IMG/VR virus record: IMGVR_UViG_3300029305_004468
Reading direction: 5' to 3' (one strand)
From: a virus
Lineage: Duplodnaviria > Heunggongvirae > Uroviricota > Caudoviricetes
DNA length: 64,000 nucleotides
In this document: piece after piece, positions 9,008 to 18,103 of the stretch
Position numbering within the stretch: position 1 is the first letter of the stretch
How the letters are laid out: the number at the start of each line of letters is the position of its first letter
Program-made: the position numbers and the translations under genes
The notes under the pieces: model-generated
The model's database searches: none
What the model was told of the DNA's origin: nothing
Seen by the model: the letters and a program-made list of their open reading frames with translations, nothing else

Positions 9008-9578
9008 ATTTAAAAAATCTAAAAATGCAGATCCTGAAGTTAAGATTCAAGAAGACTTTGCAAACGAAAAAGATTATCTGCTGTATTTGATACAAGCTAC
9101 TGAAATACCAGGCAAAACTAAGATGGTAGCGCAGCATTTGTTGCTCGAGAAATACCCGGATGAATACAGAAAGATATTCAAAATGAATACAAGACCTGAA
9201 TATAGAATTGCATTTAGATATAAAGACATGACGGAATATAGCCCGGCTAAAAAGGACATTGAACCAGACACTGAGTATTTTAAAGCGACGGCATCTTACA
9301 GAGTGTACGGACAGAAGGGCAATCAGCTTATGTCAGAAGACAGCAAGGTGGTTAAGTGTAAATTCTACAATGGGCCTGCTCAAAACGAGGGTGAAATTAA
9401 TCCTCTTTATAAACTTACATATAAAGAATTAAACGAAGATCTGAAAAAACAAATTCTGCTCCAACATATCGAAGACATTGTCGCTGAAAGACTTAAGCAG
9501 GCAAGTAAAAATTGGACAGACTGGGAAGAAGTTATTGTTGCATTAGATACTGCTAAGGGAAAGGAGAACGACAATTAA
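8997..9578 (+). CDS. hypothetical protein (193 aa)
   Basis: Intact ORF. Its TAA stop overlaps the proposed ATT start of the next gene. Confidence 0.35.
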   Translation: MLNKFKKSKNADPEVKIQEDFANEKDYLLYLIQATEIPGKTKMVAQHLLLEKYPDEYRKIFKMNTRPEYRIAFRYKDMTEYSPAKKDIEPDTEYFKATASYRVYGQKGNQLMSEDSKVVKCKFYNGPAQNEGEINPLYKLTYKELNEDLKKQILLQHIEDIVAERLKQASKNWTDWEEVIVALDTAKGKENDN

Positions 9579-10200
9579 TAGAAAGACTGAAATTCTCAAG
9601 ATTAAAGGGGACTGGACAGAAGTTCTTAACGACTGTAGGCATACAGTAAGTAAAGAACCACTTAATAAAATGCCTTCAGAGAGCTTCATTAAGAGAGTTC
9701 TCATTTCAGAACATAGTCCTATAAGAAGTTTGAAGTTTAAGTGGGTTTGGCACAACATTAAAAGCTGGATAAGCGTTCACTGGACAAGACATTCCTGGGA
9801 ATGTTTCGTCGGAACTCAAAGAACAGACAGAACGGGAGTGAATAGAGATGAACTTCCTCAGAATCAGCCGGTAAATTTCATAGGAGAAATGAATGTTCAG
9901 AATGCAATTGATACACAAAGAAAAAGATTGTGTTATCAGGCTTCTGATGAGACAAGAGAATACGCCGAAGACTTGAAACTTACTTTACATGAAGACGAAC
10001 AGCTGAAATATGTAGCTGACGTAATGGTTCCAAACTGCATTTATCGTTGCGGTTGCTGTGAACACATGGGAGAGCCTTGCAATTTCTTTGAAAAACTTAA
10101 TGAAAAATTAGGTGGTGCACTTCTTACTACTGACATTCAGGCAAGATATGACACGTACAACGAATGGTTCTATAATACAAAAAACAACAAAGGAGAGTAG
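9574..10200 (+). CDS. possible ThyX-like (FAD-dependent thymidylate synthase-like) protein; probable AUU start
   Basis: The stretch RVLISEHSPIRSLKFKWVWHNIKSWISVHWTRHSW loosely resembles the ThyX GH.SPFEH...F.F....W.RHR region. The gene sits in a nucleotide-metabolism cluster. The frame is open from 9547 and the first ATG (9670) would cut off this region. ATT 9574 lies 7 nt after AAGGAG. Cys-rich C-terminus. Weak call. Confidence 0.3.
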   Translation: MNRKTEILKIKGDWTEVLNDCRHTVSKEPLNKMPSESFIKRVLISEHSPIRSLKFKWVWHNIKSWISVHWTRHSWECFVGTQRTDRTGVNRDELPQNQPVNFIGEMNVQNAIDTQRKRLCYQASDETREYAEDLKLTLHEDEQLKYVADVMVPNCIYRCGCCEHMGEPCNFFEKLNEKLGGALLTTDIQARYDTYNEWFYNTKNNKGE

Positions 10201-10202
10201 CT

Positions 10203-10751
10203 ATTAGCAAACATATAATTTTACTCATTGGAAAATCTGGCACGGGAAAAACAACCGTGTCAGAAATTATGCAAGTTAAATACGGATTTAAACCAGTACA
10301 GTCTTATACAACAAGACCTCCTAGATATCAAGGTGAGACTGGACATATTTTCGCCACAGATGTTGACTATTTTTATATGAAAGATGATGCATGTGCTTTT
10401 ACGATGTTCGATGGAAAGAAGTATTGGGTGACCAACGAACAGGTAGATAAGTGTGATACATACGTTATAGACCCTGCCGGAGTTGATTACTTTATAAAAA
10501 ACTATAAAGGAAAGAAGACTCCGATCATAGTTGAATTGACAGCCCGTGGCTGGAAAAGATTTGCACGCATGACAGAACGCGGAGATTCAATTTGGGATGC
10601 AGTGCGTAGAATTATCCACGATAGAAAAAAATTTAAGGGCTTTACCGGACAAATGGTTGTCAATACAGACGATAAAAGTCCTGAAGAGGTCGCGACTACA
10701 ATATATAACATAGTCTCAATGAAGGAAATGGTTGAGGGTGGACTGAAATGA
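10203..10751 (+). CDS. guanylate kinase-like nucleoside/deoxynucleoside monophosphate kinase; probable AUU start
   Basis: P-loop LLIGKSGTGKTT and the guanylate-kinase signature SYTTRPPRYQGE lie upstream of the first GTG (10257). No ATG, GTG or TTG precedes the P-loop. ATT 10203 lies 7 nt after GGAG. Confidence 0.5.
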   Translation: MSKHIILLIGKSGTGKTTVSEIMQVKYGFKPVQSYTTRPPRYQGETGHIFATDVDYFYMKDDACAFTMFDGKKYWVTNEQVDKCDTYVIDPAGVDYFIKNYKGKKTPIIVELTARGWKRFARMTERGDSIWDAVRRIIHDRKKFKGFTGQMVVNTDDKSPEEVATTIYNIVSMKEMVEGGLK

Positions 10752-11320
10752 GACGAAAAAGAACTCCAATTATAGGAATAGATTTAGATGAAGTAATTTG
10801 GGGGCTGACTGAAGCATGGTTGCAAAGACATAACGAAATAACAGGAGACGATGTGAAAGTAGAAGATGTTAAGTCTTGGGATATAACTCAATACATCAAA
10901 AAGGGCGGTAGAACTGAACTGTTTTATATTCTCGAACAGAAAGATTTCTGGCAGACAGTAAAGCCTGCCGCAAAGAGTGCAGAATATCTGCAACGTCTTA
11001 TGGATGATGGATATTTGATTTATATAGTAACAGCCTCTTCGTACAGGACTGTTAGTCCTAAATTAAGACATTTTTTTAATCTATTTCCTTTCATAAAACA
11101 GGGGCAGGTAATCATTGCTGAGGAAAAACAAATGATAGACCTTGATTTGCTAGTGGACGATAATCCTGCAAATCTTTGTGGCGGGCGATTTAACAGGGTT
11201 TTGTTTGACGCTCATCACAATAGATGGTGTGACGAAGAAAAAATTAATGCAGTACGAATTAAAAATTGGGACGAGTTATACGAATACATAACAAGCAACT
11301 TCCCGATAGGAAGGAGTTAG
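10748..11320 (+). CDS. HAD-family 5'(3')-deoxyribonucleotidase
   Basis: DxDxV motif IGIDLDEVIW at the N-terminus. About 190 aa. ATGA overlap with the upstream gene. Confidence 0.5.
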   Translation: MRRKRTPIIGIDLDEVIWGLTEAWLQRHNEITGDDVKVEDVKSWDITQYIKKGGRTELFYILEQKDFWQTVKPAAKSAEYLQRLMDDGYLIYIVTASSYRTVSPKLRHFFNLFPFIKQGQVIIAEEKQMIDLDLLVDDNPANLCGGRFNRVLFDAHHNRWCDEEKINAVRIKNWDELYEYITSNFPIGRS

Positions 11321-11323
11321 AGA

Positions 11324-14300
11324 TTGAGAATAGAAGAGTGGTTAGGATTAGACAATCAATTAGGAATGGACATATGGCGCAGTAAGTATCAGTACAACAA
11401 TGAATCATTTGAAGATTGGCTGCAGAGAGTTAGTGGTGGAAATCCTGAACTCAAGGAATTGATAAGAGATAAAAAATTCCTTTTCGGCGGAAGAGCTCTC
11501 GCCAATAGAGGTACTGATAAGAAAGGGAGCATGTTTAATTGTTATTCATCAGGATATGTTCCTGACGATATAGACGGCATAATGCAGATCAACACAAACC
11601 TTGCTTTAACATATAAAGCGCAGGGCGGACAAGGTGTGTCTCTATCGAAAATTAGACCTAAAGATACTCCAATCGGGAATGAATTTAAATCAGACGGAAT
11701 TGTACCTTTTATGGAGATTTTCAATACGACAACCTCTAGTATCTCTCAAGGCGGAGCTAGAAAGGGTGCACTGATGATGTCTCTTGATATCATGCATAAA
11801 GAGGCTGAAACTTTTATCACTATCAAATCCAATGAGGATAAGATTACGAAAGCTAATCTTTCACTTGAAATTGATGATAAATTCATGCGCGCTGTAAACA
11901 CATACTATGAAACAGGCGAAATAGTAAAAATACACGAACGTAGAGAATATAACGGTCATGTCGTTGAATATGACGTAACTCCTATCAATCTGTATAAGTT
12001 AATGATGGAAACTGTTTATGATTGGGGAGAGCCTGGCTGTATTTATAGTGACAGGTTCAGAAACTATAACTTAATGCAGTATGATGAGAATTACGAAATT
12101 CAAACTTGTAATCCTTGTGGTGAACAACCATTGCCAAAAGACTTCAGCTGTGTAAGTGGAGATACTTTAATATCATTGCCTGATAGAGTCGCTAAGATTA
12201 AAGAGCTCTGCAAAGAAGGTTATAATTCTTACGTTATGAGTAATGATAATGTCTTTAGAAAATGTAGTGGAGTTGTAGAACGCGGAGTAAAACCGATATA
12301 TAGACTAACATTAAAGAATGGGCTATCTATTGACGCAACGTTAGATCATAAATTTGAAACGCTTGACGGTGTTAAAGAGCTTGGAAATATCCAGCCCAAC
12401 AAAGATAAAATAAAAGTAAACACAGGATATTATCTTTCTCGATATGACGATAACGACGAACTATATGAAATGTTTGGATGGATGCATGGTGATGGATGGA
12501 TAACTGAAAAGGCAATTGGAATTAGTTTCAACAAGAAGGATGGAGACTTTGACGTTAAAGATAGACTCTTGCCTAAATTTAAAGAATATTTTCAATGCGA
12601 AAGTGTTAAGCCCTTAAAAGATGATGATGTAAGCTATCAGTTACAGACTACTGGCAACACTAAAGTGGTGGGAAAATGTAAAAATCTAGGGTTTGTCTTT
12701 GGATTGGCAAATGAAAGAAGGCTCCCTGAAAGTTTCTACAGTTGGAGTTTAAACCAACAATATTCATTCTTAAGAGGACTTTTTGCGGCCGATGGAAATA
12801 TACAAGGAAAATGTAATGGGCAGGTATGGTTATACTCTGCAAGCGAAATGTTAATTGCAGATGTTCAGAAGTTCTTAGCGTCTGTGGGAATTCATTCATC
12901 TAGATATTGCAGCAATTTTAAATCAAACCCTGCAAGAAATCCACAATATAAACTCAGCATATCTAAGAACTCAGCAAAAATATTTTCCGAAGTGATTGGA
13001 TTTAACGGGCATAAAAAAGAAGATAGACTCAATCTTACTAATTATAAAGACGAAAATGATTATATCGTTGAATCTATTGAATACATAGGCGAAGAGATGA
13101 CATATGACATTTTAGAGGTTGACAAGACAAACATGTTCTTTGCTAATGGAATTTCTGTCCACAACTGTAATTTGGGATCTTTGAACCTTTATGAGTTTAT
13201 TGTTAATCCTTTTACAGAAGATGCAAGATTCGACTGGCACGAATTCGCTCATGCTGTACATATCGCAGTAGAAGGATTGGATGATATTATAGACGAAAAT
13301 CTACATAGACATGCACTAAAAGCGCAGGCAGAAAACTCAAAAAACTATAGAAATATAGGATTAGGAATTATGGGTTACGCGAACGCATTGTTTGCTTTAG
13401 GCATTACATACGGAGACAAAGAAGCAAAGCTCTTTACTAAAAACCTATTCAAATTTTTCTTTAGCAATGCAGTTGCCGCAAGTGCAAACATAGCTTCTCA
13501 AAAGGGAGCTTTTCCTATGTGTAATAAAGAAGCAATCCTTAAAAGCGACATATTAAAGCAAATTGATGATATTGAAATTATTAAAATGGTAGAGCAGTAC
13601 GGGCTTAGAAATTGTTCATTGTTATCAATAGCTCCAACTGGGTCAATTGCAACAATGCTGGGAATTTCTGGCGGATGTGAGCCTGAATTTGCATTGAGTT
13701 ATACAAGAAGAACTGACAATCTAAATGAAAGTTACAAAGTTTATTGTAAATCAGTTCGAGACTATGCAAGAGCAAAAGGTATAAACGTAGAAGAAATAAA
13801 AGTACTCCCAGAATATTTTATTACATCGGCAGAAATTCCTTGGAAAAATAGAATTGAAGTACAAGGCATCATGCAGGACTATGTAGATACTGCTATCAGT
13901 TCCACAGTAAATCTTCCTAAAGACATCCCAGCCGAAGATATAGAAGAGCTTTATTTATGTGCTTGGAAGCACGGGCTTAAAGGCGTAACAATCTTTAGAG
14001 ACGGATGTAAGAAGCTCGGAATTCTTATTAGCGATTCTGTACAGGAAGAAATGCAACAGTCAGATTCAATGAAAGAAGAAGTTTTACCGAGAGGTGTCGT
14101 GATAGAAGCTCACGATGATGCGGTAGGGAAGAAAAGAAAACTGATAACCGGATGTGGAAGCTTACATTGTACTGCTTTCTTTGACCCGGTAACCGGCGAT
14201 TTGAGAGAAACATATCTCAGCAAAGGCTCTGCAGGTGGCTGCAATAACTTTATGATAGGACTGTCTCGTATGATTTCACTTTCAGCAAGAGGCGGAGTTC

Positions 14301-14620
14301 ACATAGACGACATTATAGATCAGCTCAATTCTTGCGGCTCATGTCCAAGTTATGCTATTAGATCCGCAACACAGAAAGATACAAGTAAAGGTTCATGCTG
14401 TCCTACAGCTGTTGGCAATGCACTCAGAGAAATGTGGAATGAAATGCAGTATGAAATTAACGACTGCGAAGAGTTTGAAGATTTGTCTGATGTAATACTG
14501 CAAGCTGAAGATGAAGTAGATGAAACGATTGATTATGAATGCCCAAAATGCGGAGATAAACTATATTTCGAAGGCGGCTGCAATATCTGCAAATCATGCG
14601 GTTGGAGTAAGTGCGATTAG
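11324..14620 (+). CDS. ribonucleotide reductase large subunit (class II/NrdJ-like, NPCGE active site) interrupted by an intein; C-terminal zinc ribbon
   Basis: TTG start 7 nt after AAGGAG. Active-site loop TCNPCGEQPLP. C-terminal CPKCG...CNICKSCG. 1098 aa including the intein. Confidence 0.6.
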   Translation: MRIEEWLGLDNQLGMDIWRSKYQYNNESFEDWLQRVSGGNPELKELIRDKKFLFGGRALANRGTDKKGSMFNCYSSGYVPDDIDGIMQINTNLALTYKAQGGQGVSLSKIRPKDTPIGNEFKSDGIVPFMEIFNTTTSSISQGGARKGALMMSLDIMHKEAETFITIKSNEDKITKANLSLEIDDKFMRAVNTYYETGEIVKIHERREYNGHVVEYDVTPINLYKLMMETVYDWGEPGCIYSDRFRNYNLMQYDENYEIQTCNPCGEQPLPKDFSCVSGDTLISLPDRVAKIKELCKEGYNSYVMSNDNVFRKCSGVVERGVKPIYRLTLKNGLSIDATLDHKFETLDGVKELGNIQPNKDKIKVNTGYYLSRYDDNDELYEMFGWMHGDGWITEKAIGISFNKKDGDFDVKDRLLPKFKEYFQCESVKPLKDDDVSYQLQTTGNTKVVGKCKNLGFVFGLANERRLPESFYSWSLNQQYSFLRGLFAADGNIQGKCNGQVWLYSASEMLIADVQKFLASVGIHSSRYCSNFKSNPARNPQYKLSISKNSAKIFSEVIGFNGHKKEDRLNLTNYKDENDYIVESIEYIGEEMTYDILEVDKTNMFFANGISVHNCNLGSLNLYEFIVNPFTEDARFDWHEFAHAVHIAVEGLDDIIDENLHRHALKAQAENSKNYRNIGLGIMGYANALFALGITYGDKEAKLFTKNLFKFFFSNAVAASANIASQKGAFPMCNKEAILKSDILKQIDDIEIIKMVEQYGLRNCSLLSIAPTGSIATMLGISGGCEPEFALSYTRRTDNLNESYKVYCKSVRDYARAKGINVEEIKVLPEYFITSAEIPWKNRIEVQGIMQDYVDTAISSTVNLPKDIPAEDIEELYLCAWKHGLKGVTIFRDGCKKLGILISDSVQEEMQQSDSMKEEVLPRGVVIEAHDDAVGKKRKLITGCGSLHCTAFFDPVTGDLRETYLSKGSAGGCNNFMIGLSRMISLSARGGVHIDDIIDQLNSCGSCPSYAIRSATQKDTSKGSCCPTAVGNALREMWNEMQYEINDCEEFEDLSDVILQAEDEVDETIDYECPKCGDKLYFEGGCNICKSCGWSKCD
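12149..13165 (+). mobile_element. intein (339 aa) with a LAGLIDADG homing endonuclease domain inside the RNR gene
   Basis: Begins CVSGDTLI immediately after the NPCGEQPLPKDFS exon sequence. Ends VHN followed by the exteinic C(NLGS). Two LAGLIDADG-type motifs (MFGWMHGDGWI, LRGLFAADGNI). Confidence 0.6.
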
Positions 14621-14642
14621 AGTAAAAGGAGATTAGAGATAT

Positions 14643-15146
14643 ATGAGTAAGGATAAGTTGAAGTTTTGCGCTCTTAAACAGGGCGCAATCATTCCAAGCA
14701 AAAGAGACGAAGATGCGGGCTGGGATATCTATGCTTGTTTTGATGAGGATTATATAGAAATAAAGCCGCACGAAACAGTTATGTTGCCTACTGGTATTGC
14801 TTCTGCTTTTGACAGCAAGTATGTTGCGGTGTTGCACGAAAGAGGCTCCACTGGAACTAAAGGAATCGGTCAGAGAAGCGGTGTTATAGACTCCGGGTTC
14901 CGAGCCGAGTGGATGGTTCCTGTTACAAACCACAACGACAAAAAGACGCTTGTAATTGTCAAGGACGGCATTGCTCCGAAGGCAAGATGGAAAAAAGACT
15001 ACATTATATATAGGGCAAATAAAGCAATATGTCAGATGCTTCTGTTGCCAGTTCCTCAAGTAGAAGTCGAAACAGTTACAGAAGAAGAATTAATGTCCAT
15101 AGAATCAGAACGCGGCACAGGCAAGCTTGGTTCATCAGGAAAGTAG
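14643..15146 (+). CDS. dUTP diphosphatase (dUTPase) family protein
   Basis: dUTPase-like motifs AGWDI and RSGVIDSGFRAEW. 167 aa. Confidence 0.5.
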   Translation: MSKDKLKFCALKQGAIIPSKRDEDAGWDIYACFDEDYIEIKPHETVMLPTGIASAFDSKYVAVLHERGSTGTKGIGQRSGVIDSGFRAEWMVPVTNHNDKKTLVIVKDGIAPKARWKKDYIIYRANKAICQMLLLPVPQVEVETVTEEELMSIESERGTGKLGSSGK

Positions 15147-15812
15147 GTGCGAAATATGTCAGAATATATTCTCAAAACTCCAGAACTTAAATATTGGATA
15201 GATCTCTTCTTTGGAGATAAAGACGCCGAGGAACCTACGAGGGAAGCGGTTGGGATTAAGAAAGTAATTTATAATCCACCTGCAACAATCGTCCTGTGGA
15301 CAGATGGTACTAAGACTGTCGCAAAATGCGAGGATGTTGACTTTTATGACAAAGAAAAAGGATTTCTTATCTGCGTTATTAAAAAGGTGTGCAAGTTTAA
15401 AAACAGCCAGCACTTTAGAAAGTTCCTTGAAAAGTGGGTATGGTCACACAAAGATGAAAAACAGCATGAGACAGACAGCGTCTTTAGTGAAAAATATATA
15501 ACAGAAAGAGCTAGTAAATTATTTGCCCTGTATGATTTAACAAAGCTTGCCAATACTTATGAAGAGCTGAACAAGTGGCACATATCAGACGATATAATCG
15601 GTGCCCTTGAGTTACCAGAGTATATTGGCAGAAATATAAACTCTAACAAAGTCTCGCATGAAGCTAGCGCTCGAATTATAACACCGCTGATGCAAGTCCT
15701 TAAAGGAGAAATTGTGAGAAAGTCGGTGGCAAAATTCAAGTCTACCATAGTGGCGATAAATGGAGATAGTTGGGAGGCGTATATGAATGAACATAAGAAT
15801 CTGGGACGATAA
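15147..15812 (+). CDS. hypothetical protein (221 aa)
   Basis: Intact ORF with an ATG start overlapping the upstream stop. Confidence 0.35.
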   Translation: MRNMSEYILKTPELKYWIDLFFGDKDAEEPTREAVGIKKVIYNPPATIVLWTDGTKTVAKCEDVDFYDKEKGFLICVIKKVCKFKNSQHFRKFLEKWVWSHKDEKQHETDSVFSEKYITERASKLFALYDLTKLANTYEELNKWHISDDIIGALELPEYIGRNINSNKVSHEASARIITPLMQVLKGEIVRKSVAKFKSTIVAINGDSWEAYMNEHKNLGR

Positions 15813-16197
15813 ATACATAATTAAGAGTGACGCCAGACAGTATATCTTACTTAAAGTAGTCGAATCAGAAGAGGGTGGCGAAGAAACAGAGTCCGCTATC
15901 GCATACTGCAACTCTATGGCACACGTGTTTAAATGCTTAACAGAACGTGAGGGAAGACTTAATAAGTGCACAACTTTAGAAGGCTATGTCAAACACATAG
16001 AGAAAATAAATAAAAAACTTGAGGCTATTTTGCAAGCTATAGCAGAAGCGTCTGGAGCAAAAGAGAATTTATTCCGCATTGTAGCCGCGGCTGCAGATGA
16101 AGTTCCAGAGAAAATAGACTCTCTAACAGGAGAACTTCCTGCGAAAAAGAAAACTACTGCAAAGAAGACTACTAAAAAAGCGGAGGCAAAAAAATAG
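15787..16197 (+). CDS. hypothetical protein with a Lys-rich C-terminal tail (AKKKTTAKKTTKKAEAKK)
   Basis: Intact ORF. Ends in an A7 run just before TAG. Confidence 0.35.
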   Translation: MNIRIWDDKYIIKSDARQYILLKVVESEEGGEETESAIAYCNSMAHVFKCLTEREGRLNKCTTLEGYVKHIEKINKKLEAILQAIAEASGAKENLFRIVAAAADEVPEKIDSLTGELPAKKKTTAKKTTKKAEAKK

Positions 16198-16382
16198 AAA
16201 GCGCACTGTTAACACTCAAAGAGTTTTGTGCTTATCTAAAAATAGGGCAAACAAAGGCGAGGGAGTTACTTCTCTCGCCTTCCTGTACATATTGCGTTAG
16301 AATAGGCAACAGACTCTATGCTCATAAAAAAGAATTGGATAAATGGCTGCTAGTTCAAGCCAGGGGTAGAAAAATTAAATGA
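16194..16382 (+). CDS. excisionase-like helix-turn-helix DNA-binding protein (Xis); probable AUA start
   Basis: The translation LTLKEFCAYLKIGQTKARELLL...RLYAHKKELDKWL resembles a Xis/MerR-type HTH. It lies immediately upstream of int. No canonical start exists in the open frame (16176-16382). ATA 16194 lies 7 nt after GGAGG. Confidence 0.4.
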   Translation: MESALLTLKEFCAYLKIGQTKARELLLSPSCTYCVRIGNRLYAHKKELDKWLLVQARGRKIK

Positions 16383-16397
16383 AAATATGCTATAATA

Positions 16398-16411
16398 ATG
16401 ATACCTATCAT
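16398..16411. promoter_or_regulatory. near-palindromic operator-like site ATGATACCTATCAT abutting a TATAAT -10 box upstream of int
   Basis: TATAAT at 16391-16396 is followed directly by the ATGATA-CC-TATCAT palindrome. Its exact reverse complement occurs at 18027-18040. Confidence 0.4.
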
Positions 16412-16437
16412 AGCCTTTTTATTAAGGAGGTTATTTC

Positions 16438-17721
16438 ATGGGAAAAGATTTAAAAGGAAGGGAATTAGGTAAAGGTATAGTCCAACGTAAAGACGGTATG
16501 TATCATGCTAGATTTGTTAACCGGTTTGGAGTCAGACAAAGTATATACGATAAAGATTTGCCGGCATTGAAGAAGGAATTCATTAAGGCTCAATACGAAG
16601 ATCAAATGCAGGCAAATAGCTTTGATAAAAATTTGATTCTAGATGATTGGTATGCAAAATGGATGGAGATTTACAAAGAGGGAGATATCAGACCAAGCAC
16701 TAAATTAATATACAACCAGATATATCGTGACCACATATCTCCAACTCTCGGACAGACTACTCTCGTTACAATTACAAATCTACATATCAAAAACCTCATG
16801 AATCGTTTAAAAAACGAAAAAGGATTAGGCTATGAAGTGAGAAACAAAGCAAGAATCATACTGCAGGACGTTTTTAACAAAGCAATCATGAATGAACTAA
16901 TGTTAAGAAATCCTGCATTAGGTATTCGAGTATTGAGAGATAAGAAAGAATCTGTACGAGTTTTAAGCGTCGAAGATCAATATGATTTTTTCGATTGTTG
17001 TTCGGGGACTTTTTACGATAATGCTTTCATAGTGCAAGCAAATTTAGGTTTGAGGCCAGGGGAACTATATGGATTAAAAATAGAAGATATTGATCTTGAA
17101 AACAATACAGTCCATATACAACGTACTTTATCTTACCAAAAATTTGAAGGAGACGAAGGTAAAACTTTTCATTTTGGACCACCAAAAACAGAGAGCAGCG
17201 ACAGAGTAATACCTATGACGCAAGCGTGCAAGCTCGCTCTACAAAAGCAGATTCTGCAAAAGAGAATAGTCGCACAAAAGAGTCCAAAGCAAGTAGATGA
17301 ACAATTCAAGGACTTGTTATTTACTACAAAATTCAATACACCATTAAATACTGCTATCTATAGCGCAGCTATAGAAAAAGTCGTAAAAGAGATCAATCTC
17401 ACAAGAATACCAATTGAATATTTGGAAGTTTTTTCGCCGCACTGTTTTAGACATACATTCGCAACAAGATGCTTTGAAGCCGGAATTGACTTTAAAGTAA
17501 TACAAAAATATCTAGGACACGCTTCTATCAATATGACAATGGATCTATACGTACACGTCACTGATACTTTGGCTGGGGATGAACTCCCGAAGCTTGACAA
17601 GTTGCTACAAGATATAGATAATTTAGAAGAGCCTATAATTGCGGCAAGAACAGAAAGAATAGATAAAGAGGAATCAAAAGTGATAGACTTTGACGAATCT
17701 CGTGCGATGTTAGTGGTGTAA
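16438..17721 (+). CDS. int: tyrosine integrase (phage integrase family)
   Basis: 427 aa. N-terminal arm-binding-type region. C-terminal catalytic region HCFRHTFATRCFEAGIDFKVIQKYLGHASINMTMDLYVHV (R...H.R ... H...Y). Followed by a repeat-rich attP-like region. Confidence 0.75.
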   Translation: MGKDLKGRELGKGIVQRKDGMYHARFVNRFGVRQSIYDKDLPALKKEFIKAQYEDQMQANSFDKNLILDDWYAKWMEIYKEGDIRPSTKLIYNQIYRDHISPTLGQTTLVTITNLHIKNLMNRLKNEKGLGYEVRNKARIILQDVFNKAIMNELMLRNPALGIRVLRDKKESVRVLSVEDQYDFFDCCSGTFYDNAFIVQANLGLRPGELYGLKIEDIDLENNTVHIQRTLSYQKFEGDEGKTFHFGPPKTESSDRVIPMTQACKLALQKQILQKRIVAQKSPKQVDEQFKDLLFTTKFNTPLNTAIYSAAIEKVVKEINLTRIPIEYLEVFSPHCFRHTFATRCFEAGIDFKVIQKYLGHASINMTMDLYVHVTDTLAGDELPKLDKLLQDIDNLEEPIIAARTERIDKEESKVIDFDESRAMLVV

Positions 17722-17722
17722 A

Positions 17723-17992
17723 AATGGCGTACTGAATATAAAATGGCGTAAAAAATCTTTACAAAGCTTGAAATTTCAAGGTTTAAAAAACACAGAGGTT
17801 CTAACTGGCTTAATTATTATGTATATCAGAATACGCCGTATAACCTGGAAGAAATGGCTGAAAATAGCGGTTTTGCAACGGTTTGAGCGAAAGTAAAAAA
17901 CACTAGAATATCGTAACTTATCGCAAATTATCGCAAAAATGGCGTACAAATGGCGTAGAAAAAAGCCAAATGGCGTACAAAATGGTGTAGAC
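17723..17992 (+). repeat. attP-like region with six direct copies of AATGG(C/T)GTA (arm-type integrase sites) and TATCGCAAA repeats
   Basis: Copies near 17724, 17744, 17938, 17949, 17970 and 17981. TTATCGCAAATTATCGCAAAA at 17917-17937. Confidence 0.5.
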
Positions 17993-18026
17993 ATTGTTTA
18001 CAATCAATCTTAAACCCAAGAAGGTT

Positions 18027-18040
18027 ATGATAGGTATCAT
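18027..18040. promoter_or_regulatory. second copy (inverted) of the ATGATA-NN-TATCAT operator-like palindrome
   Basis: ATGATAGGTATCAT is the exact reverse complement of the site at 16398-16411. Confidence 0.35.
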
Positions 18041-18068
18041 TTAATTTAAAATCCAATTCGAAAAAAAT

Positions 18069-18100
18069 AGGGAATACCGCAGAAGGTATTCCCATTTTTA
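18069..18100. terminator. bidirectional rho-independent terminator between the int/attP region and the late operon
   Basis: GGGAATACC-gcagaa-GGTATTCCC hairpin flanked by A-runs and T-runs on both sides. Confidence 0.55.
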
Positions 18101-18103
18101 TTT

